The notes beneath the pieces are model-generated. The model searched no databases and was not told the DNA's origin. It saw only the letters and a program-made list of their open reading frames with translations. A stretch of 61,405 nt of DNA, counting the filler, from Aduncisulcus paluster (taxonomy: Eukaryota), in the NCBI GenBank assembly GCA_024181965.1. It is 3 parts of 3 records of this genome, joined end to end, with 100 filler letters (N's around TTAATTAATTAA, not from the genome) between each part and the next. Parts side by side here need not be neighbours in the genome. Positions count along the whole stretch, not along the records: positions 1 to 31,947 come from BQXS01013849.1; 2 more parts are not named here. One strand, written 5' to 3'. Numbering within the stretch: the stretch's first letter is position 1; the number at the start of each line of letters is the position of its first letter. The translations under genes were made by a program, and so were the position numbers. Positions 9,499 to 20,461 of the stretch are shown in pieces.

Positions 9499-12400
9499 AT
9501 GGGCCGAAAGCCAAGCGTTGATATATCGACTATTGTAGAGGGGCCGAAAAAGATTGAATTTGATGATCCTAGACCCCCCTTATTGTATGGAGATAAACCG
9601 ATTGATTTTCTCCACCAATCTGAAGTTATAACAGATGCATCACGTTCCACAATTGAATTTACTCGTTATAAATCAATTGATTCCCTCCATACTGTTCCAT
9701 ATCATTCGCATATTACCACTTTATATGAAAACTGGTTATACGGTCTTAAAACGACCCCAGATATGGAAATATCCCAAACTCGTGAAATAATATATGATAT
9801 CGAAGAACCTTCAAAAGGTGAAGAAGATTCTGATATTGTTATTTCTCCCCAGAAACCTCTCCTTGAAAAAAGTGCTAGTATTCGTGAAGTTTCCCCATCG
9901 TCTTATGGAACGTCTTCTCCTTCCACCACTCCAACCATCGGAGATGACTCTATTCATTCTCGTTCCTCTCCACGCTTGAGTACTCTTTCTCATCCTTCAT
10001 TTTCTTCCTGGATGAGTTCCATTCGATCCGATATCGATTCTGATAAATTATTACCGACATATGATACTCTAGCCTCATTTGGAGAGTATAAGGGTCGTTC
10101 TTATGCTTCAATTCAGAAAGACATTGAGTCCCTGTCATCTTCCTTGAAACATTTAGGTTATGGCCCTCAAAGCCATATTGCTGTTTTTTCTTCCAATTGT
10201 GAGGAATGGTTGATAACTGAACAAGCCTGCAATCGAATGAGTATGGTTTTAGTGCCCCTTTATGATAGTTTAGGAGCTGTATCATGTGAGTATGTCCTAG
10301 ATTTCAGTGATTCCGAGTGTTTAGTCATTAGTGCAAACAAAATGCCAGTTATGAAAGATATTTTAAAGGCCAGTCGCAGTGGATTACCCCGGTTGAGGTC
10401 TATAATTGTCATGGAATCCTTTAGGTTCGTAGATCCAGAGATTCTTGAAGGAGTTGGGAACATTTTCTTCGATTCTGGATTACCACGTGGAATTTCACAC
10501 CTCTCCAAACCTAAATTATCCAAGAAACAACGTAAAGAAAAAAGGCAAAAGAAAGAGAGAGAGAAAAGCTTATTAGAAAGAGATAAAAGCGGTGAAAAAA
10601 TACCTATTACAAGCACCAATTCTGGTATTGAAAAGCCTATTCTTTCTACTTCAGTCCTTGAAGTATCTGATGACGATCTTGATGATCTTGAAGGTCTGAC
10701 AAGGGTGAAAGATGGATCAACAGTGGATGGAACGGGGCATATAATCGAAGTTGTAGATACGATTGAGAGTAGAGATGGTCTGTGTGGTATTGGATCTTCG
10801 ATTGTATCTGTAGGGAGTGGAACCATGGGTGCTGGCGAAGGTATGGAATCTCCTTCACCCACTGCAGGGCATTTGATGCCTCTCTCTTCCTCTTCTTCCT
10901 CTTCTTCCTCTTCTTCCTCTTCTTCCCAGTTTCTAGTTTGAAATTCTNNNNNNNNNNNNNNNNNNNNGTGGAACCATGGGTGCTGGCGAAGGTATGGAAT
11001 CTCCTTCACCCACTGCAGGGCATTTGATGCCTCTCTCTTCCTCTTCTTCCTCTTCTTCCTCTTCTTCCTCTTCTTCCTCTTCTTCCTCTTCTTCAAATAA
11101 TCCATCCACATTAACCCATTCTCCTCATTCCTCTTCTTGTTCATCAACTCCAATAGCCACTGATACCTCTTCTTCACCAGCTATACCCATAGGCTCTTCT
11201 TCTTCTTCTTCTTCTTCTTCTTCTTCTTCCACATCTCGTCCTATTCGTGAAGGAAGAAGACATCGGTTCGATGAAAAATTATATGGCGCATTCTCTCGGT
11301 CATCTGCCCGGTTATCGCCGTCTCTAACCGGTAGAATGGATGAATCTGTCGATGTTATTCATGGTTCAACCGGTGCTTCGATGATCGATGTTATTGGAAA
11401 TGTTGTTGGAAAAAGTCTTGATGAGATAGTGGGTGTTGATAAAACAATCGATTCTCTTCCATCGACTCTCAAGACATCCAGTAAGTCAAAGTCTAAGTCG
11501 TCAAACACTTCTAGAGCTACACTTGGTGCTAGTGAAAGGGTAGGTGAAGGCACAGATGCAACACATCTTCATGGTCTTGCTGCTGAATCCTCCTCTTCTA
11601 TTCTTCTTCATCTCGATGGAGATCATATTATGAAAGACTCTGTGACAGATGATAGTGATATTCATCCAGTGGTTATAAATGAAGATATGATAATGAGTGT
11701 AAGCTGTCATGATCACACCCCAATGACTCTGACAGCAGCGGCTGCAATAGCTGAAGAAACAGCATCTATGGTATCAGCAGATTCAACCTTGATGGGCAGT
11801 GCTGGTTCATCCATGGGACGACCTGTCTCTTCACATCATCGTAAACCTTTATATGGTTCACGTACGTTACCTCCACTTGCTCCAATAGACGAAGAGTTCA
11901 TTTCATCTGTTCATTCTTATTCTCCTTCAACATCTGGAGGATATATAAACCCTGAGGGCGATAGAGTCATTGTTTCAATGCGTTGTTTGTTATCAATAGG
12001 GGAGGAACGATATGTAGACGCTGTCCCACCATTACCAGAGACAGTCGCAAGCATTATATTCACCAGTGGCACCAGTGGTGTTCCAAAGGGTGTTGTTCAC
12101 ACTCATAAATCCTTCATAGCTGCTGTGAGTGGGTGGTTAAACCAGAGAATTCCTGCTGTGCGGCACAATGCTATATATTTCTCTTATCTACCTCTTGCAC
12201 ATGTATTTGAAAGAGTTATTTATGAATTGGCTATTGGGTTGGGTATTATTCTTGCCTGGTCCAGTGGATCAACTAAGAATCTCTTGGATGATGTTGAAAA
12301 AGCACATCCATCAGTGTTTTGTGGGGTGCCCAGAGTGTTTGAAAAAATTTATAGTGGGGTTGAAGCAGTAATACAATCAAAGGGATTTTTATCACGGCTT

Positions 12401-13567
12401 ATATTTTCAGTATGTCGTAAAAGAAAGCGTCAACGTATAAACAAAATGAACAGATATTTTGATCCTTGTCATAAACTTTATTCTGCTCCTAAACCAGCCC
12501 AATCCTCGCTCGTAACTGTACAAAGTGGTGTATCTGAATGCTGGCTTGAGCACAAAGCTTTCTCTGCAATCAAGGAGAAGTTTGGAGGTCAAATTGATTT
12601 GTTTATTTGTGGCGGTGCTCCTTTACCAGGCCATATTCAAGACTTCTTAATCGACACAGTAGCTCCCATGATACAAGGTTATGGTCTTACTGAAACATGT
12701 GCAGCCACTGGATTACAAGTAAGTGGAGACCTTAGTGTTGGGAATGTTGGACCTCCGACAATGTGCAATGACATCAGAGTCGAACCTGTACCTGAGCTTG
12801 GACATTTGGACGGTCTGGATGATCTGGATGAAGAAGAAGAGAGAGTGAGAGTGAAGAAAGGAGAGATTCAAGTTAAAGGTGATAATGTATTTTCTGGATA
12901 TTATAGAATGCCGGAAAAGACAAGGACTTCTTTCACTGCCGATGGCTGGTATAAGACTGGGGATGTTGGTTACTTTGATTCGTCTGGTAGATTGGTTATT
13001 GAAGCCAGAATGGGCAGTGTATTTAAACTCCCACTTGGAGAGTTTGTAAAACCTGAGGATCTCGAAGCTGTGTATTCAAGTTGTTCGTTTTTACAGCAAA
13101 TATTTGTCACTGGTCGGAGCGATTGTTCTTTCCTTGTCGCAGTGATTGTACCTCAACCTAACCTGGTGTATCAATATGGTAAAGATCACCATTTGATGCC
13201 TACTGGAACTTGTATAGGAAGCGGTGGTGGCGGACATTCAGATCGTGACAGTAGAAGTGATTCAATGGAAGGTGGAAAAAAGGATGATAGAGGCGTTATT
13301 TCGGATGAACGGCATTTGTTTGAGTGTATTCGTGAATTTTCTGATGATATCGGATTAAAGAAGAAGATATTAGCCGATTTGGGTGCCATTCAAAAGGCAA
13401 GAGGAAGAAGAGGCTTTGAAAGAATCAAAAACATTCATATTTCTTGTGAACCTTTTACTGAAAGTAATGGGTTAATGACTGTAACATTTAAACTGAGAAG
13501 AAATAAGCTCAAAGAATACTTTAGGGATGAAATTGCAGATATGCTCGAGAGTCCTTTGATATCATGA
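9499..13567 (+). CDS. Long-chain fatty acyl-CoA synthetase (AMP-binding family) with a large Ser-rich insertion; interrupted by an assembly gap
   Basis: VLVPLYDSLG, IIFTSGTSGVPKGV, SYLPLAHVFER, GVPRVFEKI, QGYGLTET, DGWYKTGDVG, NGLMTVTFKLRR. ORFs 9478..10941 and 10976..13567 overlap through sequence duplicated around the N gap at 10948-10967. Confidence 0.93.
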
Positions 13568-13770
13568 ATGAATACTTGATGTAGTATTGTATTCAGAGGT
13601 CCTGTATTGGAAAATATATAATTATTTTGGAATGGAATATATATTTTATTCTATTGTTTTTGTAATTTTTATGGAATATTGGATTAGTTATAAGATGTCT
13701 GAGAATTAGAGTTTAGTAAAATATTCTGGAAACATACTCTTGTAGTTTTACTCTTTCTGCACCTTTTTCT

Positions 13771-14469
13771 TATTTGTGCGAGTTATACTCACAAAGTTCA
13801 TGATAAACGGGATTCCTTCCTTCCAAAGATCTCCCCCACTTTCCAACGTATTCTTGAGAGAGGAAGTAAGGAGAAGTTGGGAGGTGATGTTGTTCTAGGT
13901 TTATTAATAACTCTTGCAAACATCTCTAATTTTCGTTCATCTTCCACTCGATCTTCTATTTTCACCCTCATCAAACCATATATCAGAGATTGGTTGAGGA
14001 TATACAATGATAGTAAGTGTTATGGACAATGGATGCTTATTCTATCATTTATCACCCTCTCAAGTGATGGTTCAACCCCCAACAAATCCATGTGTTCTGA
14101 AGCTTGGCCTCTCTTCCACCCTGTTCTTGATGTTGTTAAGAGAGAGTTTGTTGGGGATAAGATTGTTGAGGATGAGCACGAATGGGTTTTATGGTTCTTC
14201 TCCCACTTATGTTGTGATCCAGCACATGCTGTTGAAGTCTATGATAATGTTAAGGATCTTCTTGATGGGTGGTTTACAGTTATAAAGAAGGAAGAACATG
14301 AATGGGGAATTAAATTCTGGTCCAGACTCATTTCCATGCTCTCCACTGTTCCATCTCTTGTTCCTCACATATCTCCTAAATATGATGCTGACATGGTATG
14401 GTGCAAGAATAATGGGATTTAAATTGGAGTGTAGATTTTTCCAGATACTCAAGAAATTGTACAAAATGA
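13771..14469 (+). pseudogene. 5'-truncated copy of the ARM-like repeat module (no kinase, no start), disrupted near its 3' end
   Basis: Homology to the 479 gene starts abruptly at ICASYTHKVHDKRDSFLPKISPTF, about 200 nt after the ACSL stop. A palindromic ATTTAAAT at ~14417 introduces a stop; the family-type tail WSVDFSRYSRNCTK* continues in another frame. Confidence 0.8.
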
Positions 14470-14590
14470 ATCCTTCATGCAATATTTGTTGCCACGATCA
14501 TACTAAATGTGATATCACAATGATATTATATCATTGAATGATATATCATATATCAATCGAGTTTTAATCCTCACTGGAATATAAATTTAT

Positions 14591-16228
14591 TCATTTCTTG
14601 GTCTTTCTTCCGTCTACAAACATTTTAGCTACTTTCTTTTCCATTTTCTTCCTATTCCATTTGATAGAAACAAAGAACATAGTAAATGTCAAAACAACAG
14701 ATGTCACGATTGGAAATAAAATATTTTCCCCTCCACCACGTTCAGTGTTACTATATCCATCCAAACTCTCGTTTCTTCTGTTTCTACCTCCTTCACCGAG
14801 AGCAGTATAATGTTGCTGTATCATATGGTTTGGACGTACAGTTATCCGTGTTGAATAGTGTATTCTTGTCAAACCTTCTGTCATATCATTTCCATAACGA
14901 TTATCATAACGATTATTATCATAACGATCATTTACGTTAGTTCTACTATCAACAGTGAAAGTATACACACCTTGGACCAATGGAAGGGTGAGAGATGTTT
15001 CATAGTGACCTGGTTTCTTTGTACTTTCTTCAATAAACCCAGACCACACGACATCAGCGTTTAATGTCAAGGTACATGGGATGGAGAAAGGAGAAGACCA
15101 AGGCTGAGTGTTGTAAAAAGGATTATAATCGCTATAATCGCTATTATCGCTATAATCGCTATTCACGTTGGTATCATTAGACATTGCATTGATATTGACA
15201 AGACCATTGTTATTGTTTAATACATAAGACCTTGATGATGTCTTACGGCCTGTTATTTCAGAAATTACGACTGATATCTTGGCTGGTTCACCAATGAAAA
15301 ATGTAGTATGTTCAGAGGCTCGATGAGATGGCTGATGTTTCTTATGGGCATCGTGGGAGTCGTTAATTGTACGTTTGCTGAAAAATCCGTGGATTGAAAT
15401 GTCTTTCACGGTCAAAAGTCCTCGTCGTTGGGATAACCATTCAATGGGTTGAGAAAGGGAGGGTAATAGAGCAGGATCGGACATAACTCCAAGCCTAACG
15501 TTGTTTTCTCCGCCTTGATTCACACAAAAAACACATTGACCCATATATTCACTCAAACAAGTGCATCCAGAGGTTAAATAACGAATAGAATTAAAAAATG
15601 TCGTATCAATGGGTTTAACACTGGGGGAGGGAGTTTTTGAACCCCAAATGTATGGATTGGAGGCTAATTTGTTTGATAAAACGAAAGGAGTCTTTTGTAG
15701 ATTTAGTGGAACATTGGGGCTGATTGAAATATTATAATGGGTCGAAACATGGGATAATACCATTGATCGTGTGTTTGAATTGATCAAATATAGGACATTA
15801 AGGCCTATTTCTTCATTAGAATCGGCTTGACTTCGAACATCGTATTCGACCTCGTGTTTTTTATCTACAGCATTATATAGCGTATTTAAATGCATGTTAA
15901 GTTCATATGGTTCATCGAAATCATCGGATATATTTGTTTTCTCCCCAAGAGATAGAAATACAATCAAATCATATTTAGGTGTTAAAGATATATCATCATA
16001 GAAAGAAAATTGATTAATATCATAAATTGGCATGGAATCAACCAAATAATCCATATTCATCAGATCCATTTCGACATTCTCAGCCATTTCTGGAGTACAT
16101 TCATGGGTTACTAATATAGCTCGATTTCCAATAGGTGGGAGAGCAATAATGGGGCATATAAGAAATATAAGCACCAAATATAATAAAAAAAGTAAAGTCT
16201 GAGACCTGTCAACATCCTTCATTACCAT
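14591..16228 (-). CDS. WBP1: Oligosaccharyltransferase subunit WBP1/OST48 homologue, copy with a replaced N-terminus
   Basis: NNVRLGV..D, EWLSQRRGLLTV, YETSLTLPLVQGVYTFTVD, GLTRIHYSTRITVRP..H, a C-terminal TM helix and a Lys-rich tail match the DDOST/WBP1 pattern. Near-identical to 21117-22100 up to ~16178. Confidence 0.75.
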   Translation of the reverse strand: MVMKDVDRSQTLLFLLYLVLIFLICPIIALPPIGNRAILVTHECTPEMAENVEMDLMNMDYLVDSMPIYDINQFSFYDDISLTPKYDLIVFLSLGEKTNISDDFDEPYELNMHLNTLYNAVDKKHEVEYDVRSQADSNEEIGLNVLYLINSNTRSMVLSHVSTHYNISISPNVPLNLQKTPFVLSNKLASNPYIWGSKTPSPSVKPIDTTFFNSIRYLTSGCTCLSEYMGQCVFCVNQGGENNVRLGVMSDPALLPSLSQPIEWLSQRRGLLTVKDISIHGFFSKRTINDSHDAHKKHQPSHRASEHTTFFIGEPAKISVVISEITGRKTSSRSYVLNNNNGLVNINAMSNDTNVNSDYSDNSDYSDYNPFYNTQPWSSPFSIPCTLTLNADVVWSGFIEESTKKPGHYETSLTLPLVQGVYTFTVDSRTNVNDRYDNNRYDNRYGNDMTEGLTRIHYSTRITVRPNHMIQQHYTALGEGGRNRRNESLDGYSNTERGGGENILFPIVTSVVLTFTMFFVSIKWNRKKMEKKVAKMFVDGRKTKK

Positions 16229-16937
16229 TATGAGGGCATTTCCACGGTTAATATGGATATCAGTGATATCATATCCACTGTGACCACCAGTAAGTTTGTT
16301 GACAGTGAGAGTAAGAGTAGTGCCCTCGTAATCCTCACGGTTTGTAATCCTCACGGGTCATCTTGTCAGCCCAATGGTTAGCTGTGACTTCCAGCACTTC
16401 CGAAGCAAAGAGCATAAGCCTATGAGCTTAGTAAGCATCTCTTCAGAAATCGAGAAAGATGATGTTATTGGAATTTCACGGATCCAGGCTTAATTAATAC
16501 TATATTAATCACTGATGATGCAATGGCAGAGACACCTATCAAACCAAACTCCTCATTGAAAGACCCCGTCATATAAGTAAATTAGAAGCCATCGGAATTG
16601 ATATTAAACTAACATTGGTAATAGCTGTGATAATAGCAATAGCAATATAGTCGATACCAATATATATTCCATTGTTCAGACCAAGAGAAGTGGTCTGAGT
16701 GGCCTTGAACTGAGTGGCCTTGAACTGAGTGGTCTTGAACTGAGTGGTCTTGAGCCATTCACCATCGATACAGGGAACTAGAGAAGAACTGGGCAAGGTC
16801 TTGAAATCGTTGTCAAGCTCATCGGTCTTTTTAAGAAGAAGAACTTATATCAGTGTGACCTACCTTGGAGCTGTTCAACATAAGTTCTGGTCAGGAATCA
16901 CGCAGAATAATAACAATTGCTTGTCTCATCTCGACAG
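16195..16937 (-). pseudogene. pepD: Degenerate aminoacyl-histidine dipeptidase (M20 peptidase, PepD-type), N-terminal half
   Basis: Collinear motifs across shifting frames: RDETSN, GHTD, PCIDGEWLKA, SLGLNNGI, NEEFGLIG, IIFLD-SEE, LCFGSAG, LTVNKLTGGHSG..DIHINRGNA. Many stops, frameshifts and insertions. Confidence 0.85.
16690..16753. repeat. 15-bp tandem repeat (~4 copies, TGAGTGGYCTTGAAC) inside the pepD relic
   Basis: Directly visible; translates KTTQF KTTQF KATQF KATQ on the minus strand. Confidence 0.9.
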
Positions 16938-16939
16938 AA

Positions 16940-17202
16940 TAGTACAGTACAGTGTTCTCAATACAGACTTTGGAGATTTTCAATCATAGGATAATATAGT
17001 ATAAAGATTGAAAGAAAGGACATTGGAAATAGTATAGTACAGGAGAAAGATCTGAATCCGAGTTTGAGTATAGTATATCATCGATTATTAAAACGATAGA
17101 TTATCTATCTATCTCGTTGGCAGTATACGTTAGTCAAATGCAACTTGCATTCTCGGTTGAACTATACTGTACTGTACTACTGTACTATACTGTACTATAC
17201 TG
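16940..17202. repeat. Cluster of (TAGTA/CAGTA) pentamer tracts, with the longest one inverted at 17161-17202
   Basis: TAGTACAGTACAGT 16940, TAGTATAGTACAG 17030, AGTATAGTAT 17067, and ACTATACTGTACTGTACTACTGTACTATACTGTACTATACTG 17161-17202. Confidence 0.85.
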
Positions 17203-17269
17203 AGAGGAGAAGAGAGGAGAGAGATGCACAAATGATGAGATCCACGACGATAAGCCTGACTGGCCAAAA

Positions 17270-18230
17270 TAAGGAATAAACCGACAGATTGATCATGTTT
17301 TTGTTTACAAGTCGAAGCAATTGACGACTGTATGATGATCCAAATCCTCGTCTTGTAACAGTAGCAAACATCTGCCAGAGAGCAATGTCGTGCGGATAAC
17401 GAACAGCCGTATCTCTCAGAAAAGACATTCCCCCAATGTAGTCTCCAAGTTTCATCGTGGTTGTGATAATGCGTCCTTTCACTCGTTTCTCAACATTCCT
17501 AAAATAGATACTCTTTTGCACTGTTTCAAGGGCGATGAGATAGTTAAGAATAAGATTACTCTATTCTACCCTGTCGAATATAATACCTTGACATGATATC
17601 ACATAGGCAGACACCCCACTCGATTGACATGGCACTGAGTGTGGATGTGAAGGGAGGATGTGCCACTGCTCTGTCGAACGAACCAAGCATGAACCAGGCA
17701 GGACGAGAGATCAGGGATAATTCTGCACTTAGTGACGCGGGAGCAAAGGCTGCACTCGTGATATGGGGCGGTAAGTTGATCGAATTGAGTGAAGATGACA
17801 TCAAATAGGGGAGGGATGAAGTGGATCGTTCATTTCCAACCCAGATTCCAGCACCCTCCAAACGAGTAATGATGCTACCGTACCACCGTTCAAGAGAAAG
17901 GATAGTTCGCAAATTAGATGCAGAAAGTCTTGAGAAACAGAGAAATCTCAAAGAGAAGAAGAAAACAGAAGCGAGAGGAGAGATCAAGCTGAAGAATGTG
18001 GAAGGAGGAAGAGGCGGTGGTGGAGCAGATGTCGGATAATTTGATTCCCCAATAGTTCTCCGTCTTTCCTTGTCAGTATAAAACTCACTATACCTAATCG
18101 ATATCATCATTACCAGCTTTTTGTGCCCATCTTCACATCTGTACAAAGCAGTGAAAGAAAGAGCTCCTTTGCATATTCCCACGATTTGGCCAAGGAGAAG
18201 TCTTCTAACAAGGGAGTATAATAGTTTCAA
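17270..18230 (-). pseudogene. Internal fragment of a TPR protein resembling the C-terminal part of TFIIIC subunit Tfc4/GTF3C3
   Basis: EWG..LCD...Y.RQGRIE / LETVQKSIYF...KLGDY...FLR..AVRYPHDIALWQMFATV...RQLLRLVNKN resembles Tfc4 from memory. Broken by a stop/frameshift at ~17555; no ATG start. Confidence 0.5.
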
Positions 18231-18419
18231 CTTGGAACAGTATTGTATTCTTCATGCACTTTTTGGTTATATTACTGTACTATCTACTTTGATATGACAT
18301 GTAATGTATAATGTACAATATTGTACTATAGAGAGGAATGGAGAATGGAGTATCCTATTTTTGATATTTAAATATTCACGATTATTGAGCTGTATCTACT
18401 TACTCTCTTACCAAGAGAA

Positions 18420-18445
18420 TAGTACAGTATAGTACAGTATAGTAG
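18420..18445 (+). repeat. (TAGTACAGTA)2.5 tract, inverted relative to 17161-17202
   Basis: TAGTACAGTATAGTACAGTATAGTAG directly visible. Confidence 0.85.
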
Positions 18446-19139
18446 AAGCAGTGTGCAGAGGAATCCACTTGACAATTCATACCTGTTCAAGGTTTTCTAC
18501 AATCGAACAGTTAAAGTAAAGAGAAAAGAGAGGGAACAAAAGAGATAAACACAGACATGCCCTTTTCACAATGGTTATACGAAATAGAGGATAAATCTTA
18601 AATGTTTAACATTTCTTATGCTAATATTTGGGGATATTACCCATGCGAAGCTCTCCATTCGCCACCTTTTGTGGATTAGAACTCTGATTATACGATTTAT
18701 CTGAGCCTCATCTATTGTCGAAGCAACGACGAAATGCCTCAGCATTCTAAATATTATGGAGCATCTCTTGGAATTATACATCATTCATAATGTACTTCAT
18801 GAATATTCTCAGGTTCCACGATTTGAATTACACTTGTAGTTGAATCCATTTGTCTAGAGATAGAATTTATCTAAAATAAAAACAAACGGAATAATGATAT
18901 TTGTAAACGAACAATAATGCAAATTTCAAGGAGAATGGCACGAGAAAACCATGGATTCATCCATAAAATATCATATTGATTATTCCATCTTTATTAATTG
19001 TATTATAAATAAAATCATTAATACTATTAATAAATTTGCCCAATTATATACATTTTTCTACGACATTTTCGGCTATAACTTCGATTTGGATTTTGTCCAG
19101 CTATCAAACTTTGTAACATTATATTAGTGATTATTTTGC

Positions 19140-19328
19140 ATGGAACTTTATTTTTTGATTGGTATTCTCTTTGGAATAGCTACAATATTGGCTGTTGGCG
19201 CCACTTTATTTTCTATGCATTATTGTCGCCGAGAACGTGATTTCTTGTTTCTTTATACGTTAGATGATATCCATGAAATAGCAACTGGACATGAATCCTT
19301 ATTAGCTGGGGTACCAGTCGTTCTGTAA
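19140..19328 (+). CDS. Small single-pass membrane protein (62 aa)
   Basis: ATG start, ~25-aa hydrophobic N-terminal helix followed by CRRER, AT-rich flanks. Confidence 0.5.
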   Translation: MELYFLIGILFGIATILAVGATLFSMHYCRRERDFLFLYTLDDIHEIATGHESLLAGVPVVL

Positions 19329-19833
19329 TGAGATATTATCCCCCATTTGATTTCTTCTATTACCTCCCTTCTTTTTGAAATTACATATATTTCTTAACTT
19401 GTTGAACGTTTTTCTTTCATTTTGAAATTGATATTTCAAATTTTAAGAAAGAATTTTCTTTCTACGCCATCTCCATCACATTTTCATTCTTAATGTGTAA
19501 GAAAATTAATATATTCTTTGATTTGTAATTTATTCGCAATATTTTAACTATTTACTTGAATATAAGTAAAATAAGCTCTTTTCAGCTCACATTTGATCGT
19601 TTTCCTGTCATTTTTTTGAAAATCTGCAATATCTTGCCAAAGAATCGTACAAAATGAGAAGAATCTGGAACGATTAACTCAAAATCTCCTCTTCTTGAAG
19701 TTTCAATCATCCAAAAAGGTTTCATTCCAGAAATATAATTTAATGAGATGGAAACCTTGTTATTGGACCTATTGGAGGTCGTAGGTCTTCATTACGTGTT
19801 ACTTCTGGTCTGAAAGGAGAAGAATCAGAATCC

Positions 19834-20310
19834 ATGAGAAGAGTTAGAGCTGAAGCTGAGTGGAATAGGAAAGTCAATGCTGTTGTGAAGGAACTCCAGC
19901 TTGTAAAAACACGTGAGAAGAAAGCTCAAACAACTATTAGTGCGCTTCAGAGTTCAGAAGTTGCATTGAAAGGTCGTTTACTATTGACAGAAAAACAGAA
20001 TCGAGAGATTAAAAATAGATTGGCCACCGAGGAAGCTAAATATAGACGCGTGTATCTTCAGTTGGAACAATTAAGGAAATCTGAGGACAAACGTGATAAA
20101 ATCCTTGCCAAAGATCATCCAATTATAGCCAGGCTTGAGAAGAAAGTCGGTGATCTCACAAATGAGAAGGAATCTATCCAAAGATCATTGGATAATTTGA
20201 CCGATTCTTGTATTACTTTGAAAAACAAAAATAGAGCTCTGCAACGTGAGATTTCAAATCTCAAATTGAGAGAGACTGAACTTCAGGGGCAGCTTGATAA
20301 ATGTATTTAA
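19834..20310 (+). CDS. Coiled-coil protein of unknown function (true start may lie further upstream)
   Basis: 158-aa heptad-rich ORF; the frame is open ~29 codons upstream of the ATG. 3' part is duplicated at 1-304. Confidence 0.7.
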   Translation: MRRVRAEAEWNRKVNAVVKELQLVKTREKKAQTTISALQSSEVALKGRLLLTEKQNREIKNRLATEEAKYRRVYLQLEQLRKSEDKRDKILAKDHPIIARLEKKVGDLTNEKESIQRSLDNLTDSCITLKNKNRALQREISNLKLRETELQGQLDKCI

Positions 20311-20461
20311 AGATTAAATTTTAAAGATTAAATCTGTATCAAAAGCTTCAAATTCTGGCTTTTTATTAAGCAAATGACTCATTATCTCAGTAAAATTAAG
20401 TGTTTTTGTTGAGTCAGTGATTCGGTCCTTGAAGGAATGATTTCTGTTCAAAATGAGTCGT

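Noticed and set aside
10926..10947. 22 nt identical to 4467-4488 terminating the first ACSL ORF
   Set aside because: Lies at a contig end after a (TCT/TCC)n tract; most simply a mis-extension.
16690..16753. CRISPR-like array
   Set aside because: Contiguous tandem 15-mers with no unique spacers, in a eukaryotic context.
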